From a virus (taxonomy: Duplodnaviria; Caudoviricetes), in the IMG/VR virus record IMGVR_UViG_3300049023_000043, positions 1 through 40,871 of that record: 40,871 bases of DNA; one strand, given 5' to 3'. Positions within the stretch are counted from its first letter, which is position 1; each line of letters opens with the position of its first letter. Position numbers and translations under genes: made by a program. This document shows, in pieces, positions 15,285 to 23,519 of the stretch. The notes under the pieces are model-generated. The model ran no database searches. It worked only from the letters and a program-made list of their open reading frames with translations, and was not told where the DNA came from.

Positions 15285-17574
15285 CGTACACGACTTGCCC
15301 GCCGGATACCGGCTACGCGCGGGGCTAGGCTACTCCACGGTTTTGCCGGATTTGGACTTTGAAACGTATAGCGAAGCGGGATATATATGGAACGAATCGG
15401 AACAAAAATGGGGCGCCTTGCCCGGTGCGAGCGGAGACAAAAAAGGCCTGTCTATTGTCGGTACGGTGAGGTACTGCCAGCACCCGACTGCCCGCGTTCT
15501 CTCGCTCGCATACAACTTAAAAAATGGGTCTGGGCCGAAACTGTGGCGTCCAGGCGATTCGCCGCCAGCCGATTTAATAGCCTACGTACTGTCCGGCGGC
15601 GTCCTCGAAGCGCACAACTCCGCCTTCGAGTATTGGGTGTGGAATCTAATCTGTCGATCTCGCTATGGCTTCCCGAGCTTAGAAGTATCGCAGCTTCGTT
15701 GCTCGATGGCAAAGGCACGCGCGTACTCTCTGCCCGGCGCCCTAAAGAATTTGACCGAAGTTATGCCTGTTGCCACCGTCAAAGACCCAGACGGCGATCG
15801 ACTGCTAAAGAAATTTTCCGTACCGAGGAACCCGACCAAGAACGACAAGCGCCTGTTTCTCGATCCCGCTACGGATTCAGTAGACGGGCCAAAGTTGTAC
15901 GCCTACAACCTCACCGATATCAAATCCGAATCCGAAGTATCCGCGCTCATTCCCGACCTAGAGGGTGACGAGGCCGACTACTTCCTGATCGATCGTACCA
16001 TCAATGTCCGAGGCGTCCACGTAGACCGAGCGAGCCTAGAGGCATGCTGCACTATCGTGACCGACATGCTCGAACGGAACGAAGCGGAACTCCGCGAGAT
16101 CACCGAAGGGGTCGTGGAGACCGCGAGCCAGTTGGAACGCTTAAAGGGATGGCTGGGCGCGCGAGGCGTAATAGCCGATAGCCTAGACGAAGACGGCGTA
16201 GAGGCGTTACTGTCAGACCCATTCGAAGACCCCGTGGCTCGACGTGCGCTTGAGATCCGCCAGGCGGTAGGCTCAGCCAGCGTGAAAAAAGTCTTCGCCA
16301 TGCGTAACCAGCTTCCTCCGGATAACCGCCTGCGTGAGCTATTCAATTATCACGGTGCCCGCACTGGCCGCCCGACCGGCGAAGGCCCGCAACCGACCAA
16401 TTTGCCCAAGGCTGGCCCGAGCGTCAAACAGTGCCCCGCCTGTACGCATTGGTTTGGCTCCCATATCGATACAGTATGCCCGTGGTGTAACGTGCCGGTC
16501 GCGCCGGTCGTCAAGGCACGCGAATGGACATGGGAAGCGACCGGGGATGCATTGGCGGTCATTCGTACCTGTTCTGTAGACGCTGTGGCGCGTTATTTCC
16601 AAGACGTGATGCTCACGGTCTCGGGTAGCCTTCGCGGGCTCTTTACAGCCGCCCCAGGGCACGTCTTGATGTGTTCCGACTACTCCGCCATCGAGGGCGT
16701 GGTGATCGCGGCGCTATCGGGCGAGCAATGGCGTCTCGACGTATTCGCAACTCACGGGAAGATATACGAGCTATCGGCCAGCAAGATCACGGGGATTCCA
16801 TTCGAGGAATACGCCCGCTACAAGGCCGAGACGGGACAACACCATCCAACGCGCGGCAAGGTCGGTAAGGTCGCCGAGCTGGCGCTGGGCTTTGGGGGCT
16901 GGGTCAACTCATGGAAGGCTTTTGCGGGCGATGATGGTCGTGTCGATGACGAGATCAAGCGACTCATTCTGGCGTGGCGCGAAGCCAGCCCGAGCATAGT
17001 GGAGTTCTGGGGCGGTCAAGGTCGCGGTAAGCCTTGGGGCAACAGCTACACGCCGGAACTCTTTGGCCTAGAGGGCATGGCGATCCGCGCGATACTTGAG
17101 CCTGACACCTGGTTCGACTATCGTGGCACGGCCTACCGTTACAGCACGTTCGCCGATGTTCTCTTTTGCCGCTTGGTGTCCGGCCGGTACCTCTCGTACC
17201 ACAAGCCCCGCCTGGCACGAAAGCAACGCTTTGACGTGATTGAGTACGCCTTGTCCTATGAAACCTGGAACTCCAATCCGAAATACGGCCCGCAAGGCTG
17301 GGTAAGGATGGACACATACTCAGGGCGCTTGGCCGAGAACGTGGTACAAGCGACCGCTCGCGATATCCAGCGGCACGCCCAGATCCAGTTGGAGAAGCGT
17401 GGCTATCCGGTCGTCTTGCACGTTTACGACGAGAACGTATCGGAGGTGCCGATTGGCTACGGGAGTATCGAAGAGTTCGAGTCAATCCTGATGGACTTGC
17501 CGGAATGGGCGAAGGGCTGGCCAATCAAGGCTGCCGGGGGGTGGGTAGGTGAACGGTATTGCAAGAAGGATTAA
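15268..17574 (+). CDS. Family A DNA polymerase with a 3'-5' exonuclease domain
   Basis: Exo DFET/AHN..FE; motif A DYSAIE; motif B KVAELALGFG; motif C HVYDE. Confidence 0.92.
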   Translation: MFQPPSVHDLPAGYRLRAGLGYSTVLPDLDFETYSEAGYIWNESEQKWGALPGASGDKKGLSIVGTVRYCQHPTARVLSLAYNLKNGSGPKLWRPGDSPPADLIAYVLSGGVLEAHNSAFEYWVWNLICRSRYGFPSLEVSQLRCSMAKARAYSLPGALKNLTEVMPVATVKDPDGDRLLKKFSVPRNPTKNDKRLFLDPATDSVDGPKLYAYNLTDIKSESEVSALIPDLEGDEADYFLIDRTINVRGVHVDRASLEACCTIVTDMLERNEAELREITEGVVETASQLERLKGWLGARGVIADSLDEDGVEALLSDPFEDPVARRALEIRQAVGSASVKKVFAMRNQLPPDNRLRELFNYHGARTGRPTGEGPQPTNLPKAGPSVKQCPACTHWFGSHIDTVCPWCNVPVAPVVKAREWTWEATGDALAVIRTCSVDAVARYFQDVMLTVSGSLRGLFTAAPGHVLMCSDYSAIEGVVIAALSGEQWRLDVFATHGKIYELSASKITGIPFEEYARYKAETGQHHPTRGKVGKVAELALGFGGWVNSWKAFAGDDGRVDDEIKRLILAWREASPSIVEFWGGQGRGKPWGNSYTPELFGLEGMAIRAILEPDTWFDYRGTAYRYSTFADVLFCRLVSGRYLSYHKPRLARKQRFDVIEYALSYETWNSNPKYGPQGWVRMDTYSGRLAENVVQATARDIQRHAQIQLEKRGYPVVLHVYDENVSEVPIGYGSIEEFESILMDLPEWAKGWPIKAAGGWVGERYCKKD

Positions 17575-17582
17575 AATAATTG

Positions 17583-17611
17583 TTGACACGTTCGTCAATA
17601 AGCGATACATT
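17583..17611 (+). promoter_or_regulatory. Strong sigma70-like promoter with a perfect TTGAC-N6-GTCAA operator
   Basis: TTGACA-17nt-TACATT. Confidence 0.8.
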
Positions 17612-17646
17612 GGGGTCGTCATATACATTTTAACGGAGACCAAACC

Positions 17647-17802
17647 ATGAAAGACTTTGCCCAACAGGAACGCCGCCGGTTCATCGAGAACGTGAGCGCC
17701 TTTCACCGCCAGGAGATGACATTCTGGGTCTTGGTGCGCTATGGTTTTGCCTGGACAGCTTCTCTTATTTTTAACACTCGTATGCCGCACGAAAGGGCTT
17801 AA
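17647..17802 (+). CDS. 51-aa hypothetical protein (not in ORF track)
   Basis: AACGGAGA RBS; MKDFAQQERRRFIENVSAFHRQEMTFWVLVRYGFAWTASLIFNTRMPHERA. Confidence 0.65.
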   Translation: MKDFAQQERRRFIENVSAFHRQEMTFWVLVRYGFAWTASLIFNTRMPHERA

Positions 17803-17805
17803 ATC

Positions 17806-18228
17806 ATGATCCGCAAAGGCGAAAAATTCATCCACGATCTCACGGGCAAGGAAGTCACGGTTGCAGATCGAGGTCACTACCCAGACACTATCCTGGTCGA
17901 GATGCCCCCTGAGAAACAGGGCGAAGCGCCCCGTAAAGTAGAGGTCTACTTGCGCCATCTTACTGCACTGGCAGCAGGCGCTATGCTTTCGGGATGCTTG
18001 GCTTCAATGCCGACCGACAACTACGCGAATCAGCCCGAGCCGTATCGTCAAGGGCTTTACGATGGCTGCGTATCGGGTAAGGCGGCCACGGGTAACTGGA
18101 CGTACCGGTTTCGTCAAGATCCGCAACGCATGAGCACCGACACGATGTACAAGACCGGCTGGGATGCGGGCTTTGTCCAGTGCAAAACCGAATCGGAACA
18201 ATTGAACGCTATCATAAGAGGCCGCTGA
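17806..18228 (+). CDS. Protein with an internal lipoprotein signal (LSG|C); possible second start at 17950
   Basis: LRHLTALAAGAMLSGC lipobox; in-frame TTG preceded by GAGG. Confidence 0.7.
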   Translation: MIRKGEKFIHDLTGKEVTVADRGHYPDTILVEMPPEKQGEAPRKVEVYLRHLTALAAGAMLSGCLASMPTDNYANQPEPYRQGLYDGCVSGKAATGNWTYRFRQDPQRMSTDTMYKTGWDAGFVQCKTESEQLNAIIRGR

Positions 18229-18230
18229 TC

Positions 18231-18512
18231 ATGACTGAATACATCTCTAAAGAGGAAGCCGAGAAGATTGCCGTCCAAGTCGGGTTCATCCCTACCAAGG
18301 GCGCAAAGAATGGTCACGTTGAATATCTCAGACGCGCCATCAACCTTGCCATCGCGCAGAAGTTTGAGGTGGTTGGATATGGAGTATTGGCAAGCAACAC
18401 AATGAAGGTGTCTAGCTTCTTGTTAGCTGACCATCCAGAAGCTGAGGAAAGGTTTGATTATAAACCAGAGCATATCTTGCCCCTCTACGCCCTCAAGGGA
18501 GACAGCAAATGA
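18231..18512 (+). CDS. Hypothetical protein (93 aa)
   Basis: ATG 2 nt after the upstream stop, GAGG SD. Confidence 0.65.
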   Translation: MTEYISKEEAEKIAVQVGFIPTKGAKNGHVEYLRRAINLAIAQKFEVVGYGVLASNTMKVSSFLLADHPEAEERFDYKPEHILPLYALKGDSK

Positions 18513-19027
18513 GCGACAGCAGCAACTATCACGATTATTTCGTTTACGAGAACGGAAAGCTTTATTGGAAAGTGCGCCCAAGAGAGCATTTTGTGTCGGA
18601 TAGAGGGATGAAATCTTGCAACTCTAAAAGGGCTGGCAACGAGGCGGGGTACATTGATGCACAAGGATATGTGCGTGTAAGAGTTAACGATAAGTCAATC
18701 GGAGCGCACCGCGTCATCTATTGCATGCATCACGGGCATATGCCTGAATTTGTAGATCATATTGATGGGAACCCAACCAATAACATCATAGAAAACCTTA
18801 GGGCTGCAACCATTGAGCAGAACATGCAGAACTGTAAAACACCAGTTACCAATACTTCAGGATTTAAAGGCGTTTACTTCCATGCAGGGATAGGGAAATA
18901 CACGGCTTCTATTCGTGTAAATAAAAAGCTAACGCATATTGGGACATTCTTCAGTATGCAAGAGGCAATTGATGCCAGGAAGCAAGCTGAAATCGAACAT
19001 TATGGAGACTTTCGCAAAAATGGATAA
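18509..19027 (+). CDS. Free-standing HNH-AP2 homing endonuclease
   Basis: AHRVIY..HHG...VDHIDGNPTNNIIENLR (HNH) and NTSGFKGVY...IGTF...EA..AR (AP2/IENR). Confidence 0.9.
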   Translation: MSDSSNYHDYFVYENGKLYWKVRPREHFVSDRGMKSCNSKRAGNEAGYIDAQGYVRVRVNDKSIGAHRVIYCMHHGHMPEFVDHIDGNPTNNIIENLRAATIEQNMQNCKTPVTNTSGFKGVYFHAGIGKYTASIRVNKKLTHIGTFFSMQEAIDARKQAEIEHYGDFRKNG

Positions 19028-19298
19028 ATCAAGAGAGGCGTTTGAGGCGTGGAAATTACACATGCTAGAAAATAAAGGCTCTTTTTCAGAGCTTGATATT
19101 TGGCAAGCCGCCCAATCCCGCCATGCCGAGGAACGCGAGGCGCTGGTTGAAGAATTGCGTGAAAGAAACCTCAAAACGCTTAGACAAGCACTGAAAAATT
19201 GTGATGTGCCTGGCAATTACCAGCATGGAATCATCGACGAATTTAACCTTCTATCCAACAGCGCACAGGGTGGGGAAGATAGCGGGAGGGTGGAATGA
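19020..19298 (+). CDS. Hypothetical protein (92 aa)
   Basis: GGAG SD; start MDKSREAFEAW overlaps the end of the HNH gene. Confidence 0.65.
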   Translation: MDKSREAFEAWKLHMLENKGSFSELDIWQAAQSRHAEEREALVEELRERNLKTLRQALKNCDVPGNYQHGIIDEFNLLSNSAQGGEDSGRVE

Positions 19299-19618
19299 TT
19301 GATTACACATTGAAGTTTGTAGGCATCCTAACTGTTGCTGCTTTCGCATGGAAACTTCTATGGCCTATCTTAAAATCCGCTATGCAGACAACCAGTGTAG
19401 TTGCGCTTATGTTGGTTGCTTCCTATAAGCACGGAAACTTTAAGGCAATAAAATGGATGCGACTGCCAACCGTGTGGTGGAAGTATTACATTCGATTCTT
19501 ATTTTCTTGGGGAGAAATAACCCGCATGTCCAATAAAAATTGGTCTTGGTCTGGGATATTTCGCTGGCACATATTCCCAGCCAACCAGCAACCAACGACA
19601 GATAAAGAGGTGAAGTGA
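19295..19618 (+). CDS. Hypothetical membrane protein
   Basis: Hydrophobic N-terminus, Trp-rich; ATGA coupled. Confidence 0.65.
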   Translation: MIDYTLKFVGILTVAAFAWKLLWPILKSAMQTTSVVALMLVASYKHGNFKAIKWMRLPTVWWKYYIRFLFSWGEITRMSNKNWSWSGIFRWHIFPANQQPTTDKEVK

Positions 19619-19887
19619 TGGCATTAAGTGAACCAAGGATAGTTTGCGCCGCTTGTCGGGATGCTACAGGACAAATAGTCGCTGCCCCGCGTCACTTTGA
19701 CCAGACGATGCACGCACAGATTAAGGCGATGATGAATTACACCGCACCTTGGGAGCAAGGGTTCATCGACCAGCACGGCAAGTTCTACGACAGACAGCAA
19801 GCCTATGTCATTGCCCAAAACAACGGGCAGATAGTGCGAGTTATCGACCACGCGATAGGTACGCTTTACAGCGAAAATCTTTATTGA
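19615..19887 (+). CDS. Conserved-looking phage hypothetical protein
   Basis: IVCAA...RH...EQGFIDQ.G.F..R..A...LYSENLY pattern. Confidence 0.75.
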   Translation: MMALSEPRIVCAACRDATGQIVAAPRHFDQTMHAQIKAMMNYTAPWEQGFIDQHGKFYDRQQAYVIAQNNGQIVRVIDHAIGTLYSENLY

Positions 19888-19897
19888 GGACTAACCC

Positions 19898-20563
19898 ATG
19901 AACATTACAGACGATTTGATTGAAGATGCAAAGGCTGAAAATCTTTGGCTTGTCGCTAAGTGGTCGCCTTCGGAACAAGGTGTATCTATGGAGCTTATGA
20001 GTGATGGCACTATTAAGCTAGAAAAAAGCGGACACGTTATTGCGACAACCGCAGATGCTGTATTTTTCCAACGCCAGCGCGAGAGGCAGGCTGTGTCGAG
20101 CGGGTTCGATGAATTTATAGAGGGTATGACAGTTTCCGTCGATATAAGCACAGGAAAGCACGATATAGGGAATCGTTTGTTTGGTACGGTTTCGGAGGTT
20201 ATGCATTACTCCGGAGGCGGTGATAAGAACGGCCTTGTCCTTCTTGTGCAAGACGTGGAGATTAATCTCCCTGAGCTTGATAGTGCTGGCTTTTTGCTTA
20301 CCTACAAAAACGGAACAACTGAGTTCATTACTAGAGCGCCAGACAACTTTGAAATCCGGGAATGCAAGATTCAACCGCTGTACGCCGCCCCATCACCAGA
20401 GTTGATTAGTCCGCACCCCATTGTGGAAGAGACGCCCGCCCTAGCGTATCTTAAAGCTTGGTTACAAGACGTGCACGACATCGAAGTCAAGACGCAGTTT
20501 GAGCATACCTTGATTGACGACTTGTACGACCGAATCCAAGCGCTCCAAGCTACCAAAGGATAA
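19898..20563 (+). CDS. Hypothetical protein (221 aa), probably mosaic
   Basis: GAGGA SD; contains a PLYAAP junction motif typical of shuffled phage accessory proteins. Confidence 0.7.
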   Translation: MNITDDLIEDAKAENLWLVAKWSPSEQGVSMELMSDGTIKLEKSGHVIATTADAVFFQRQRERQAVSSGFDEFIEGMTVSVDISTGKHDIGNRLFGTVSEVMHYSGGGDKNGLVLLVQDVEINLPELDSAGFLLTYKNGTTEFITRAPDNFEIRECKIQPLYAAPSPELISPHPIVEETPALAYLKAWLQDVHDIEVKTQFEHTLIDDLYDRIQALQATKG

Positions 20564-20565
20564 CT

Positions 20566-20910
20566 ATGATCCGCGACTACCTACACTACCGGCGCATGGG
20601 TATCCGAGCGCTCCAAGCGATTAAAATGGCCGCCGTAAGGGTAAGTACCGTCGAACAGGTTTTGGGCGTGCTGGTGGCTCTCCTGTTGCTGGCGGCGACC
20701 CTGTGGTCATTGTGGATTGAATACGATATTCACTACGGCCAAGTAATCCACTCGGCACACCTGTCACGCCTGGAACTCAGTATCGAGCGGGACAAGACGG
20801 CGAAGTGGGAACGCCTAGCCGTAGCGTGCCTGAATCACCAGGCGATTACGGTAAACGGCCGGTCGATGTCGTGCCGGATCTCAGAACACAAAGAAGCGGT
20901 GGATCTATAG
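20566..20910 (+). CDS. Hypothetical single-pass membrane protein
   Basis: VLGVLVALLLLAATLWSLWI segment; AAGGA SD. Confidence 0.7.
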   Translation: MIRDYLHYRRMGIRALQAIKMAAVRVSTVEQVLGVLVALLLLAATLWSLWIEYDIHYGQVIHSAHLSRLELSIERDKTAKWERLAVACLNHQAITVNGRSMSCRISEHKEAVDL

Positions 20911-21372
20911 TGTCGCCGGAGCCCGCCCTAGCGTAACGGCCGGCTGGCTTTGGTACGGAGCGGGGCTATACTGCAACCGTGGCCGCGGCTGATCGAGCGC
21001 ACGGTCTCCCCCGATGTGTACCGCCTTGTACCAATACCAGGCTCGAAAATCCGGCATGCCGTCCTCGCGGAGCATATCGTACAAGAGGTAGTCGGCGTCC
21101 GCGCGGAACGATCGGGGCAGGTATCCGTCTTTGATCAAGCTGTAAAAGAAGTCATGCACGCACGCGGCGCGCCGGGTATTGAAGGTGTTGATGGCTGGGA
21201 AGTTGGCGCTGAATAAAAACCCTTCGCGGATCTCATAGTCGCCGTTCGAGTGTAGCGTGCCATAAGGCGCGGTAATAGTCTCCGAGAGGGCGAAAGGCGC
21301 GGTATCGTGGTAAGGCCTGGCGACCACATATTTGTCGGCGTCTACGAATACGACCTGTTTCACACTTTGCAT
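20905..21372 (-). CDS. DUF1353-like protein
   Basis: AACVHDFFY...R..AD..LY..L..DG...Y.AV..GG pattern; GGAGG SD before the ATG at 21372. Confidence 0.65.
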   Translation of the reverse strand: MQSVKQVVFVDADKYVVARPYHDTAPFALSETITAPYGTLHSNGDYEIREGFLFSANFPAINTFNTRRAACVHDFFYSLIKDGYLPRSFRADADYLLYDMLREDGMPDFRAWYWYKAVHIGGDRALDQPRPRLQYSPAPYQSQPAVTLGRAPATL

Positions 21373-21490
21373 TTTGCATAGACCTCCACATCCGCCCCGA
21401 CCCGATGGTATAGAACCTCTTGGCACGCACTACTTGGAAGCCATTGTACGAGCGAGCAGCCCGTCAGCGTCATCGAGAGGGCCAAAAGCC

Positions 21491-21874
21491 TTAGTACAGC
21501 CATACGACCTTGGGCGGCAAACCAGGTGCGCCTAGACCGAGATGAATGAAGTTTTTAGCGATGCCAATGCGCGTAAAGCCGAACTCGTAAGCCAAGCGTA
21601 CCAGCTCGTACCGATCGGAGCTTGTGACGCACGCTACGTCTGCGCACATGCCCTTCGTGTGCTCGCCATTGGAGTGGGTCTTGCGCGCTTCGACCGGATG
21701 CGTGATATCGCGGAACCCGCTCGTGATCTTCATGGGCTTGTCGTAGCCGACCCGCAACCGGTACAAAGCGTCCATGAACTCGACGCGCATGCCGTTCTTG
21801 CCCGTATGACTGCAATCGAACTCCGCCTTGGTGAAGTACGGTGCGTATCGAGACCAATCGCTAACGATTGCCAT
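21491..21874 (-). CDS. Endolysin, peptidase M15A-like zinc peptidase
   Basis: YFT..EFDC, ITSGFR, H.KG.CAD and FIHL motifs; downstream of holin-like genes. Confidence 0.85.
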   Translation of the reverse strand: MAIVSDWSRYAPYFTKAEFDCSHTGKNGMRVEFMDALYRLRVGYDKPMKITSGFRDITHPVEARKTHSNGEHTKGMCADVACVTSSDRYELVRLAYEFGFTRIGIAKNFIHLGLGAPGLPPKVVWLY

Positions 21875-22151
21875 GGTGCGCCTCTACGGTTCTGGGCTGT
21901 TGCCGGCGTTCAAAGAGGTACTTGGCGGCCAGCCCCAGGATGACTAGCGATGACCCTAGCGGTGGCCGCCAGCCGTAGAAAATTTCAAGGCACGTCCAAA
22001 ACGCTCCGACACCGAGCAAAGCGTGGAATAGCCACACGAGGAAGCTCGTTTTCCACGACATGCTGTTGATGCTAGCTATGACGTGGTAGATGATGGTGAC
22101 GCATGCGAGAACGAGCGAGATTAAAACTACGGTGTTGATAGAGGAAGTCAT
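21861..22151 (-). CDS. Holin/antiholin-like membrane protein (3 predicted TM segments)
   Basis: Three hydrophobic stretches, charged C-terminus, overlaps the endolysin start. Confidence 0.6.
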   Translation of the reverse strand: MTSSINTVVLISLVLACVTIIYHVIASINSMSWKTSFLVWLFHALLGVGAFWTCLEIFYGWRPPLGSSLVILGLAAKYLFERRQQPRTVEAHHGNR

Positions 22152-22444
22152 TTTTTAAGCAGAGCTCCGATGTTTAACTTCTTCCCAGCCTCCACAATCA
22201 ACGGAACGGTGTTGATGGCCGTGAGGCCAATGATCCAACACGTCAGAAATTGCCCGTTGTCGGTGGTGATGCTGAGTTGATCGCATACGAAGCCGGTGCC
22301 AAACACCGCTGCATTTGTGCCAATGAATACGGAGAGGACAGCTTGGCCAGGCGTCAAGTTCTGAATGAACTTTAGCGAACAGATTGCCCCGAAAAAGCCG
22401 ATGACGGCATACGTCAGTTTAAGTCCATATACGCTGCCGTCCAT
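22148..22444 (-). CDS. Holin-like membrane protein
   Basis: 2-3 hydrophobic segments, AGGAG SD, first gene of the lysis cassette. Confidence 0.65.
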   Translation of the reverse strand: MDGSVYGLKLTYAVIGFFGAICSLKFIQNLTPGQAVLSVFIGTNAAVFGTGFVCDQLSITTDNGQFLTCWIIGLTAINTVPLIVEAGKKLNIGALLKK

Positions 22445-22477
22445 CGGTGATCTCCTACACGTTGTTAGTTTTGGCTG

Positions 22478-22486
22478 ATTGTACCA
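22478..22486 (-). promoter_or_regulatory. Extended -10 element upstream of the lysis cassette
   Basis: TGGTACAAT in the short intergenic gap before the holin RBS. Confidence 0.4.
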
Positions 22487-23509
22487 CTAAGCAAAAACGA
22501 AGTGCTCTAAAAAAGCCTCGGCGATGTGTTGCATGCCGGGGCCCGAGGGAGTAGTACCGATATGAGTCGGGTGAACGTACAGCCCGCCTTCGGGCAACGC
22601 CTCAGTTGCGGCATTATAGTAATCGTTGGTGCGAGCGATAACTACGGGCCAATCGGAAAACTCCGCAACCATGGCGTCAAGAGCGGCGTTCACGGCGTCC
22701 ACGGTAGCGTTCGACAAACTGTAGCTCGTGCTTGCGGCGTTGATGTACGGTACGTGACCAACCACGATAGGAGCGGCCTCCGCAGGGGCTTTCAGCGTGC
22801 CCACGTAATCGATCATGTTGACCGGGCCTGCGACAGCGCCTTGAACTCGGATAGTATGCGAGCCAGGGCCAAATCCCTTATACAGCTTAGCCGTGTGGCC
22901 GTAGGTGTCGTTGGTCTGAGCCACGTTGACGTACGGATCTTGCACGACGCCATCGACCAACACTTCCAGATTGCCGTACCCGCCACTAGCTGTGGTCATC
23001 GTACCAACTACTACGTTATCGCCCTCAAACGTCCATTCGCGATACGCGACTCCGGGGCCTTGAGTCGTATATTTGGTGGTACTTCCCAGGGCATACGACC
23101 GATCGCCCATGATGGTATTACCGTTGCTCCATGACCCAACGGCGGACATTGCCGAAGCCAAACACTGAGTGTCAAGTAAGCCGACCACAATCATCGACCT
23201 GATATTGTTTACGATGCAGTTGAGTGAACCCCCGCCCTTCTGTAACAGGTCATTCAAACCGCTCAAGATGAACATGGTTTGAGTGCGATCTACAGGCTTA
23301 GTCAACGCTACGTTTGAAGCGGCTCGTACCTGTTGGCCATTGACCCCGTGGTTAGTCACGGGGCCGTGCAAGAAAGCCGGAATGATGGCGGATTGGCGGC
23401 CTAGAGTGGGGCCTACGGTAAAAGAATCACCGTAGTGGATCGTTCCTTTACCGTATAGGTTCCCCGTTTGGCTAGCCCCGTAATTCATTTTGATTGAGGT
23501 CAGATTCAT
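22487..23509 (-). CDS. SGNH/GDSL esterase-like tail-associated protein with an inserted beta-sandwich
   Basis: YGDSFT (block I), NHGVNG (II), GLND (III), VHPT (V); AAGGA SD before the ATG at 23509. Confidence 0.75.
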   Translation of the reverse strand: MNLTSIKMNYGASQTGNLYGKGTIHYGDSFTVGPTLGRQSAIIPAFLHGPVTNHGVNGQQVRAASNVALTKPVDRTQTMFILSGLNDLLQKGGGSLNCIVNNIRSMIVVGLLDTQCLASAMSAVGSWSNGNTIMGDRSYALGSTTKYTTQGPGVAYREWTFEGDNVVVGTMTTASGGYGNLEVLVDGVVQDPYVNVAQTNDTYGHTAKLYKGFGPGSHTIRVQGAVAGPVNMIDYVGTLKAPAEAAPIVVGHVPYINAASTSYSLSNATVDAVNAALDAMVAEFSDWPVVIARTNDYYNAATEALPEGGLYVHPTHIGTTPSGPGMQHIAEAFLEHFVFA

Positions 23510-23519
23510 TTCTTTTTCC

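Noticed and set aside
21233-21430. 65-aa alternate-frame ORF overlapping the DUF1353-like start
   Set aside because: No recognisable motif, and its internal ATG is only 3 nt from the SD; the DUF1353-frame ATG has better spacing.
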